NCBI GenBank assembly: GCA_963422365.1
Contig: OY729426.1
Coordinates: 192,001 to 256,000, forward strand
Source of the DNA: Nitrospirales bacterium
GTDB taxonomy: Bacteria > Nitrospirota > Nitrospiria > Nitrospirales > UBA8639
Direction of reading: 5' to 3'
Length of the DNA stretch: 64,000 bases
In this document: in pieces, positions 1-8,304 of the stretch
How the letters are laid out: the number at the start of each line of letters is the position of its first letter
Numbering within the stretch: the stretch's first letter is position 1
Position numbers and translations under genes: made by a program
Notes under the pieces: generated by a model
Told to the model about the DNA's origin: nothing
Database searches by the model: none
Seen by the model: the letters and a program-made list of their open reading frames with translations, nothing else

Positions 1-582
1 GCTGCTCAACGTCACGAGCAAAAAATATGTCAAGGTTGGGACACTTGAGCGGGAGGCATTGCTTCTGACTATATTGGAATTATTGACTATTGACCGCCTC
101 AATGTCTCCACTCTCTTGCATGCTTTTCAGAATTGAATCTCATGCAACCGACGTGGGACCGTGCTGATTTTTGAGGTACGTCGCACCCATGAAGGTTTTC
201 TCGAATTTTTCGTAATATTCAAAATCAATACAATACAGCAGGTTATGAAAGACGATCTCACCAACATTCGGCTTGCCGCCAATTTCATTCAAGACAGAAA
301 GAAGTACTTGCTTGAATGTATCCAGATTTTTTTCCTCAACGCGAATCCGGAGGTCTCCGGTTTTTCGCACAGACTGTTTTGTGAGTGTCACGGTATGCTT
401 CGGCTCGCGGCCCGCCAAAAAATCTTCAGCGACAGATCAAAAATCCCCGCCTATCTACTGGCCTCGCCCACCTTAAGCTCCTGCTCATCTCGCTCGCTGT
501 ACACATAGGTAGAACGAGACATCCCAAGCTCGGACGCAAGGCGTTCTTATGTCATGTTGCGCTCGGTGCGTTGCCGTTGAAT
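1..582 (-). pseudogene. XRE-HTH fused Panacea (DUF4065/SocA-like) antitoxin, degraded; runs off the window edge
   Basis: Manual translation gives IQRQRTERNMT*ERLASELGMSRSTYV..EASR*AGIFDLSL (HTH with stops). A frameshift leads into ORF 140..418 (FKQVLLSVLNEIGGKPNVGEIVFHNLLYCIDFEYYEK..YLKNQHGPT), and further homologous-looking sequence with stops continues to base 1. Confidence 0.75.
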
Positions 583-755
583 GTTAGTTTATTCTTCTTG
601 AGATATAGTAAAATCAACTGCCACCGGAAGCAAGCTCTGTTTATAACAGGGCAATTGCTTGTGTTGACCAGAAAATTCACTCCATAAAGCCATAATTACT
701 CCGTTTGAAGTGAACTGAAGATACAATTGGAATAATCAAATTGAGAAAACCCATT

Positions 756-1868
756 CTGTCCACAAAACTATCCAGCGAAGGGCTTCACCTTCCTAGTCTG
801 TCGGTCAAAGGATTTCGTGGGATTGAAGACCTTTGGATTCCACACCTAGGCCGCGTGACCCTCATCGCCTGAAAGAACGGAGTCGGCAAGACGACTCTCC
901 TGGATGCCGTCCGCCTCTATGCCGCACGTGGCCATTATCTCGTTATTATGAACATATTGCAGAACAGGGAAGAGCTTATTGGCGTTGTTGACGAGAAGGA
1001 CGGTGATGAGACCTTTGCCTTCGGTCTTGAGGCTATCTTCCATGGTCGGCACCTTTCGTCAGAAGCCTGCATTTCAATAGGTTCAAGGAGCGAGGCCCAG
1101 CAACTTCGCATCAAGTCTGCTTTGAATATACAACAGAGGCTGTTGTTCCCTGAGAATTTTTCAAACAGAGATGAGCCGTTAATCGAGATCAAATTCCAAG
1201 GCAAAACACAAGAAATTCCTGTGAGTTCTTTCTTGCCTACACCTCGGGTCCCATATCGCAAATTGAGGGATGACGAATCCGAATATCCACCTGCGATTTA
1301 CTGCAAGTCTTTGGGCCCGAGTTTGCTGGGCAATGCTGATATAGCACGATTCTGGGATAAGGTGACACTTACAAATGATGAAACCCTGGCAGTACAGGCA
1401 CTGCAATTGATTTATGGTGAAGAAGTGGAACGTGTTGCAGTAGTCGGAAACGATGCCCCACGTTCTATAGGTCGACGGGCAATTGTCAAAATGAAAGGAC
1501 AAGAGCATCCTGTTCCTTTGAAGAGTCTGGGTGATGGAGCAGTGCGCTTATTCGGTACCGCCTTGGCACTTGCCAACAGTAGAGATGGTTTTCTGGTTAT
1601 AGACGAAGCAGAAAACGGCATCCATCATTCAGTCCAACCTGATTTCTGGAAGATGGTTATGAAAACTGCGCACGAGAACAATGTGCAGGTTCTCTCAACA
1701 ACACACGGCTGGGATTGCATAGCAGGTTTTGCTCAAGCAGCAACCGATTCACAAGAAGTGTACGGAGTTCTCGTTCGTCTTGAACGGGACGACGACAGAA
1801 TCCGTGCGGTGGAATACTCTGAAGACAACCTCAAAGCCGCAGCCGAGTATGGCATCGAAGTTAGGTAA
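756..1868 (+). pseudogene. ABC-type/AAA ATPase (AAA_15/AAA_21-like) with nonsense codon in Walker A
   Basis: In-frame upstream of ORF 948..1868: LHLPSLSVKGFRGIEDL..RVTLIA*KNGVGKTTLLDA (TGA at 870-872 replaces the first Gly). Downstream motifs: signature LGDG, Walker B LVIDEAENGIH, H-loop STTH. Confidence 0.85.
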
Positions 1869-1871
1869 TAC

Positions 1872-2518
1872 ATGGCTCTTCCTAGAGCGTCCCCACCAAA
1901 CCCCCGCGTTCTTTTAGTCGAGGGACAGGACGACAAGCACGTTATTGCGAATCTCCGCAAACGTCATCAATTCACACCAGATTTTGATATTCTGGCTAAA
2001 GACGGCCTTGACACTCTACTCGAAACTGTTGGCGCTGAGCTGAATGTTCCTGGACGTCAAGCTATCGGTATACTCATAGACGCAAACGACGATTTGACGG
2101 CACGTTGGAATGCTGTCAAAGACAAGCTTCCCGACCAATACCGAGATTCACTTTCGTCTCTTGATCCAAACGGGACCATCATTCAAGTCAAGCCTCGCAT
2201 CGGCATTTGGTTGATGCCCGATAATACTCATGCCGGCGAAATTGAAGACTTCGTTATTAAGATGATTCCCGAAGGTGACCCGGTATGGTCACTTTCCGAA
2301 CGCGACATAACAGGTATTCCGGAAACAGAGAGAAAGTTTTCAGAAGTAAGACACAACGAGCCAAACTGTATGCGTGGCTCGCAGCCAGGAAGGACCCCAG
2401 GAAAATGGGTTTAGCTATTCGCGCACATGACTTGAACGTTGACGGTATCCTCTGCCAGGATTTTCTAGCTTGGCTTAAGGCAGTTTTTGATGAGTCGGCT
2501 TTGATTCAACCCCACTGA
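1872..2518 (+). pseudogene. DUF3226-like TOPRIM-fold partner of the ATPase, frameshifted near 2345
   Basis: N-terminal LLVEGQDD and ILIDAND motifs and MPDNTHAGEIEDF. The C-terminus (KTQRAKLYAWLAARKDPRKMGLAI..FLAWLKAVF) is in another frame (ORF 2285..2518). Confidence 0.75.
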
Positions 2519-2739
2519 CGGCTGATTTTCATTCTCTAAGATACCATGATCCCCCCAGGATAGGAATAAGAAACACCCCTCCCCAAACCGCAAGAAAACA
2601 CCTCTTCAAGAAACGATTATATTAACTTCGATGCGGCAGAGTCTTTCGGGGATGTACTAGACAACGAATCCCGTTTCATAACGAGTTTTGCCATCTTGTC
2701 AAGTGCGGCACGCCCACATTGAATGTGAAGCTGTTTCTC

Positions 2740-2892
2740 TTACGTTGTAGCCTTGACCCAAACTCGGGCGATGGTCGCCCGAATCTTCTTCTCAAAACGT
2801 TCAATCAGTTCGCGGTTAGCGTTGACTAGACTTTGTTCAGCTTCAATCTCGGCGACAATGACTTGCTGGTATTCGAGGGATGGCAGGGCGAT
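2740..2892 (-). repeat. Orphan copy D of hsdS 3' tail
   Basis: Translates IALPSLEYQQVIVAEIEAEQSLVNANRELIERFEKKIRATIARVWVKATT*, matching the end of the M-S gene (IPLPPHPTQQALVAEIEAEQALVNANRELIGRMEQKIKERLETVW). Confidence 0.92.
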
Positions 2893-3083
2893 GCCGTTTC
2901 CTTACGGTTCAGGTCATCATTCATGCGATTCCATAATTGATCAACATCGTCGGCAAGGTTATCTATCCTCTCCGTAATACGTTTATAGTAAACAGAACCA
3001 ATGAATGCAATGCACCTAGGGACGGCTAAGGCAATAACGCCCATGAATATGGAAATGACTTGCAGATATAAGCTGTTGTCCAC
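2890..3083 (-). CDS. Small predicted membrane protein (one TM helix plus coiled segment); ORF runs on into tail D out of frame (stop at 2826)
   Basis: ORF 2826..3083 has a hydrophobic N-terminus LQVISIFMGVIALAVPRCIAFIGSVYY and starts 6 bp after the GIY-YIG gene. Confidence 0.4.
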
Positions 3084-3089
3084 CGAAGA

Positions 3090-3305
3090 CTAGCCTCTTC
3101 GGGTAGGATTTCCTCTTTTTGCCTGTTCGCTCTCCCACTTCAAGGCAGCATCCTTGGTGGTTGCGTGACCGACCTGTTTGATGTGACCGCTTTCCGCCAA
3201 AGTCTGCTTATGTTCTTGTTCACGCCTTTCAAGATCGTTGGTTATGCCAGTGTGAACAATCCTATTACCCTTTTTGAAGTGATATTTGTAGGTGTTTCTA
3301 GCCAT
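3090..3305 (-). CDS. Minimal GIY-YIG-like nuclease (71 aa)
   Basis: TYKY..IVHTGITNDLERREQEH..ALKWE pattern; AGGAGG RBS upstream. Confidence 0.65.
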   Translation of the reverse strand: MARNTYKYHFKKGNRIVHTGITNDLERREQEHKQTLAESGHIKQVGHATTKDAALKWESEQAKRGNPTRRG

Positions 3306-3429
3306 TCCAAGAACCTCCTGATCTAAATCGATGATTTCGATTACAACACAAACAAGTACCGCACAAATGGCTGATTTTTTTCAATCCATGGTGAAGCAGA
3401 AAAAGCTGTATATTCTGTGACTCACCATT

Positions 3430-3560
3430 TACTCGTCCCAGAACGCAGTAACTGCTTAAAGTACGTATTCCTTTTTCTTTCCTGACAAGTGCTGATAAAG
3501 CCGCACGACCCTAACGGCAAACGCGTAGCTTTTTCCCTGAGCGGCATTATCGGTCTTCAT
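3430..3560 (-). pseudogene. Four-helix-bundle protein (23S rRNA IVP/TIGR02436-like), N-terminal remnant
   Basis: MKTDNAAQGKSYAFAVRVVRLYQHLSGKKKEYVL, frameshift, KQLLRSGTS, then truncated. Confidence 0.75.
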
Positions 3561-3608
3561 TTGCTGTCTTCCATGCCTTGTTAATCGCTTCAGTAATGTT
3601 TTCGCGAC

Positions 3609-3640
3609 AATTCCTAATTCTTCATTCGTAATTCCTAATT
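3609..3640 (-). repeat. Degenerate heptamer tandem repeat
   Basis: AATTAGG AATTACG AATGAAG AATTAGG AATT on the minus strand, upstream of the four-helix-bundle remnant. Confidence 0.7.
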
Positions 3641-3644
3641 TCCT

Positions 3645-3716
3645 CCCCCACACCCGCCCAATCGCCGCCTGTATCTTCTTCTCAAAACATTCAACCAGTT
3701 CCCGATTGGCGGAGAC
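3645..3716 (-). repeat. Orphan copy C of hsdS 3' tail
   Basis: Translates VSANRELVECFEKKIQAAIGRVWG; shares ATCTTCTTCTCAAAAC (plus strand) with copy D. Confidence 0.88.
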
Positions 3717-3742
3717 TTCTGAATACATTCGCCTTCGCCGGT

Positions 3743-4810
3743 TCAGTGGTTGATATCCGATACGCACGAATTCTCAAGCCAATCCAGTTGTGAGAGTACA
3801 TCGACTGCCAAGTGAATCTGGCGGCGAGGGGAAAACTGCTGTTTCCTGTCATTCCAGGCGTAGGTTGCCTTCACGACGTCTTCCCAGGTTCGAACCGGTT
3901 CATGGCTGGCAACCCAATGAACCGTGGAGAGCAGTTCCAGGCCGAACGGCGACTCGAATCCTTTGACGAGTTTGGAAACTCTTTCAAAGCGGGCCCGGGT
4001 TTCGGCACCGTTCCGGAGAAACATGTGAGCATCCTCAAGCGCACCCGGCACCAGTTCTAATTGCTTATCAGGCGCATCGCCTCCGTCGGCGTAGCCTGAC
4101 AACAAGTGTCCCTCAACGGCATTCAGCACGTGCCGAAGGTTTGCGGCATAAGGCCCGTAAGGACCTTTGTCAAATTTCAGATTCAACGGCTCGCCCGCAA
4201 CCTGCATGAAATACATGAGCTTGTGCACTTCCAGCAGCGTCACGAACGGATCCAACAGGCCGCGAAGATAACAATCCATCAGTCCGACCAGCGCGGCTCG
4301 TCCGGCGGTCATTTCCGGAACATCACGCGAACGATTGGCCCGCCCGTCCACCGGTCTGCCGCCCGGGTCAAAGATGACGATCTTCACACCATCCAGTTTT
4401 CCCAGAGCCGCTTCCATGCGAGCACGCACGTCTTGCCAGTCTAATAACCCCAGCCCGCTGCCGAGCGGCGGGATGGCAATCGATCGGATGTTGCGCGTCC
4501 GGATCTCCTCCGCCAGCGCGGCAAGGCCGGTTTCGATATCCTTCAGGCGACTCTTACCTCGCCAGTGCCTCTTGGTCGGAAAATTGATGATGTAACGCGG
4601 GAATAGCGTCCGGCGGGTCTCGAAGACGAACATCCGGCCCGGTTGCACCTCGTTCCGCTTGCAAGCGTCGGCATAGGATTTGAAGTTTTCAGGAAAGGCT
4701 TTCCTGAACTGAAGCGCGATCCCGCGCCCCATGACGCCGACGCAGTTGACAGTGTTGACCAGGGCTTCGGCCTCTTCCGCAAGAATATCGCCTGTTTTGT
4801 ACTCAATCAT
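3743..4810 (-). CDS. darG: DarG macrodomain antitoxin (DNA ADP-ribosyl glycohydrolase)
   Basis: MIEYKTGDIL..ALVNTVNCVGVMGRGIALQF..INFPTKRHW..SIAIPPLGSGLG macrodomain, plus C-terminal HKLMYF..GPYGPY..LELLSTVHW; follows the darT remnant. Confidence 0.92.
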   Translation of the reverse strand: MIEYKTGDILAEEAEALVNTVNCVGVMGRGIALQFRKAFPENFKSYADACKRNEVQPGRMFVFETRRTLFPRYIINFPTKRHWRGKSRLKDIETGLAALAEEIRTRNIRSIAIPPLGSGLGLLDWQDVRARMEAALGKLDGVKIVIFDPGGRPVDGRANRSRDVPEMTAGRAALVGLMDCYLRGLLDPFVTLLEVHKLMYFMQVAGEPLNLKFDKGPYGPYAANLRHVLNAVEGHLLSGYADGGDAPDKQLELVPGALEDAHMFLRNGAETRARFERVSKLVKGFESPFGLELLSTVHWVASHEPVRTWEDVVKATYAWNDRKQQFSPRRQIHLAVDVLSQLDWLENSCVSDINH

Positions 4811-4827
4811 AGCGGCCTCCCCATTCG

Positions 4828-5023
4828 TCAATAATACCACTCGCACCTGATTTCGGCATGTGGTTGATGCACGGCAGCTGCAATGGCCGTTCTGGTCTGT
4901 TGCGCAGTAGGCTCAGACCGTACTGATCTTCGCATCACACCAGAGAAAACCGTCTTTGATAATGGAAGGCAAGCGGTCTGCGTGGACAATGTGATAAATC
5001 TTCGGATTAGTGGGTATTGACAT
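4828..5023 (-). pseudogene. darT: DarT DNA ADP-ribosyltransferase toxin with large internal deletion
   Basis: N-terminus MSIPTNPKIYHIVHADRLPSIIKDGFLWCDA is joined out of frame to the C-terminus ..AIAAAVHQPHAEIRCEWYY*; only about 65 codons remain. Confidence 0.85.
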
Positions 5024-5079
5024 GTTTTGTTCTGAGCACTTTGTTCATGACTCAGTCTATGAAGAAATAGAGGCGTCAT

Positions 5080-5142
5080 CCCCACCCGCGCGATGATGGC
5101 TTGGACTTTTTGCTGAAAACGTTCAATCAGTTCGCGGTTGGT
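5080..5142 (-). repeat. Orphan copy B of hsdS 3' tail
   Basis: Translates TNRELIERFQQKVQAIIARVG; 24 bp AAAACGTTCAATCAGTTCGCGGTT (plus strand) is identical to copy D. Confidence 0.88.
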
Positions 5143-5189
5143 GCTATCAATCCTGCCCGATTAAGGGTGAAATAGTTATTTGCAATTCT

Positions 5190-5750
5190 TTAATACAATA
5201 GTCGCTTAATATCATCTATCGCCTGTTGGATTTTATTATCGGTGAAATTCTCTTTGTGTAGTTTCTTTTCCCATTCATTGTCACTTGCAATATAGGTCTT
5301 CACCGCATCCAAGTTGATTTCTTTGCCAGTCTTTTCTATTTCAATCATGGAGTAATCCACGGTTGCAAGTACTTCCAATTCACGATCATTTTTATAACGC
5401 AGATTGTCAGCAACCCAGTCCAAGGCTGGTTGCAAATGATCAGGAAAGTATTTTTCTGCTTCTGTGATGTGCTTCCCTACGCCTAAAGCAGTATCAGATT
5501 TTTTTATGACGTAATTTTTACGAACAGCAATGCTCTCCGCCTTGTATCTTGCCTGAGGATTATAAGGCCCTGCTGCTTTTTTCAAGTAATCATCTGTTAC
5601 GTCCATTCCAGCTTTTCTTTTCACAAAATAGGCCATTTTTTGCTGTCGAAATCGTCCCAGTGGGTGGTCTTCATCGCTAAATTTTCGAGTCAAGACAGAA
5701 AGCAATACTGCTTCCTGAAAATCTGTCGGTACTTTTTTAGAAATCGCAGG
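5190..5750 (-). pseudogene. Panacea/DarG-C-terminal-like domain, in frame with HsdM-S but cut off by a TAA
   Basis: Readthrough of the stop at 5751-5753 gives VWQKDEGVTA*PAISKKVPTDFQEAVLLSVLTRK.. continuous with ORF 5190..5705. Motifs QKMAYF..AAGPYNP..LEVLATVDY. Confidence 0.7.
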
Positions 5751-8245
5751 TTAGGCAGTTACTCCTTCGTCTTTCTGCCAAACCGTTTCAAGCCTCTCCT
5801 TGATTTTTTGCTCCATCCTCCCGATGAGTTCGCGGTTAGCATTAACGAGGGCTTGTTCGGCTTCAATCTCGGCAACGAGGGCTTGCTGAGTGGGATGGGG
5901 AGGGAGAGGAATGCGAAGTTTGCTGAACCTTGATTTGATAATTTCCTTGTAAGTCGCGCCACTTGCTTGGGCTTGCATCACTGGTACGAGTTTAGTCAAC
6001 GCCAGCGCGACATATTCGGGGATTACTTGGGTAGCGTCTTTAATAATAACGTTCTTGAATCCTTGATTGGTCGCAAGCGGTATCCTGTTGATGCCGATAC
6101 GGCCAATGGTTGCTCTTGATGACACCACCACAGAATTGGCCGGAATTACCTTTGCTGCTGATTTCTGCAAGCCTGCGTCACTTATAGTTCGTTGCGTAGC
6201 ACTGATTTCGGTGATGAGGTCATCTGGCGGTAAATCCGCTAATGTGATCCACGGCACATCGCCATCCCAATATTCTCTCACATGAGACTTTGGGGTGCCG
6301 CCGCTCTCTACTTGGAATAACGCCGAATTCCCCAATTCCACCATCGGCCACTCAGGATCAATCGCAATCTGCGGTCGGTAGTTGTCAATGACGGCACGGG
6401 CACCGTCGATGACTTTCTGGTAGCCCTCAATCTCTGCCACGATTTCCTGCTGGATTTTCAGGGGTGGGAGGGGGATTTGGAATGATGACAAATCCTTAGG
6501 GTAGACATGTGGCTGCCCCATTCCAACTTGAAGTTGGTAGATTTCTGATTGCTTAAATTTCATCATGTGAAAGACAAACGTACTGGTAATCCGTTCGTCC
6601 CTGGGTTTGATTGTTGAGCAATCGGAAGCAAATATCGGTTCATTGAAGTATGCAACAAAACCGGCGTATGCTCCCGATGCACTTACCGTGATTGTCTCGC
6701 CTGTGCGGTTAGCTTTATTGTGAAAAGATGAAGGACTTTGGCCACCTGCTATTACAGGAATCGTTCCTGCTACGACTTCTTTTCGAGTAATCGCAGTACC
6801 CTTTCTAACTTCACAAAGCTCACCGAGAGTAACTATATCAAATTTAGAGTTTATGGTTGCACTCTCCCGATACCGATCGCTGTTCAGGTTGTACTCGCCG
6901 TCTGCTGCGATTTTTGTTTTCTCGGCGACTCGTCTTTTCATGGCAGGTTCGTCTATCGCGTACTGTGCTTCGGGTTCTGCCACGCGAGCGGTGGGCACTG
7001 ATTCGCTTGCGCGTAGTTTTCCCAGATAGTCGGTGATTTCAGCCTGTACTTGCGGTAAATCGTTCTTGTCTATCTCCCGCCGTTGTGCCCCTAGGGCAAA
7101 GCCATCGTTTTCCACTTTGAAGAAGGCGATGCTGTCGGTCTTTTTCGCCAGTGCCTTGTCCAGTATCAGGATGGAGGTCTTAACACCGGAATAGGGTTGA
7201 AACACACCGGCCGGCAGGGAGATAACGGCGATGAGGTAGTTTTCCACCAGCAGCTTGCGCAGTTGCCTGTAGGCGTTCTGGCTCTGGAAGATGATGCCTT
7301 CGGGTACGATGATGCCGGCGCGCCCGGAGGGTGTCAGGTGCTCGGCGATGTAGTCCACAAACAGGACTTCGCTACGCCTGGAGTTGACCGAGAAACGCTT
7401 GTGTGGACGGATGCCGCCCGTAGGCGACATGAAGGGTGGATTGGCGAGGATGACGTCGGCATATTCGTTCCAGCGGTCTTCGCTGGTGAGGGTGTCGTAT
7501 TCAAAGACGTGGGGGTCAACAAAGCCGTGCAGATAGAGGTTGACCAGCGCAGACGCACCATGTCGGGGGAGATGTCGTAGCCTTTCAGGTTGGTAACCAA
7601 GCGGCCCCGCTCATCGGGCGTGAGGGTGTTGTGACCATGCTCATCGGTGTTGTTTTTTAAGATATGTTTGTAGGGTGAGATGAGGAAACCAGCAGTGCCG
7701 CAGGCCGGGTCGAGGATGGTTTCGTCTTTTTTGGGATCAATGACGGCAACGATGAAGTCGATGATGTGGCGCGGCGTGCGGAACTGCCCGGCGGCACCCT
7801 GCGAATCGAGGACGGAGAGCAGGTACTCGAAGGCATCGCCTAGGCGTTCGGAGTGGTCATACTCAAACTCGTCGATGAGTTTGAGAAAAGCCCGCAAAGT
7901 CTCCGGGTCGCGGTAGGGCAGAAAGGCGTTCTTGAAGATATCGCGGAACAGGGGCGGAATGCCGGGGTTCTCCGGCATTCGGGCGATGGCCTCGGCGTAC
8001 AGGTTCAGGGTCTCGTGGCCACCCAGTCCTGCGCGCATGAGCCGCGCCCAGCCATAGCGGGCAAAGTCGCCGGCAAAGAACGTGCGCTGGCCGCCCAACT
8101 CCTCGCTCTCGGCGTCGATGTCGTCCATGAATTTGTAGATGAGCGCGATAGTGATCTGCTCCACCTGACTTTTCGGATCGGGCACTTTGCCGACGAGAAT
8201 GTCGCGGGCGTTGTCAATGCGGTGTTTGGTAGCTTTATCGAGCAT
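5751..8245 (-). pseudogene. hsdM: Type I RM HsdM-HsdS fusion (m6A MTase plus two TRDs), frameshift near 7550
   Basis: GQFRTPRHII and ILDPACGTAGFL in ORF 7334..8245. After the shift: LVNLYLHGF..ILANPPF, then ORF 5751..7430 with two TRDs each followed by IPLPP..QQ.IVAEIE. Confidence 0.9.
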
Positions 8246-8304
8246 ATTGTCTGGACTGTGGTTTATGGGATTTGGGATTACCCTGATTTCTTATCTAAGC
8301 TTCC

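Noticed and set aside
870..872. TGA at a conserved Gly suggesting TGA=Gly recoding (code 25)
   Set aside because: TGA terminates many core genes here (nuoE, nuoCD, secA) and none has an internal TGA; a GGA>TGA mutation is simpler.
2675..2702. Possible promoter TTGACA-16-TATGAA on the minus strand after tail D
   Set aside because: The -10 is imperfect and no gene follows in that orientation; not supportable.
3430..3560. Avd-like four-helix bundle suggesting a diversity-generating retroelement
   Set aside because: No reverse transcriptase and no TR/VR pair; differences between the hsdS tails are not adenine-specific.
2740..5912. hsdS shufflon (invertible TRDs)
   Set aside because: The copies are direct rather than inverted, lack TRDs, and no invertase is present in the window.
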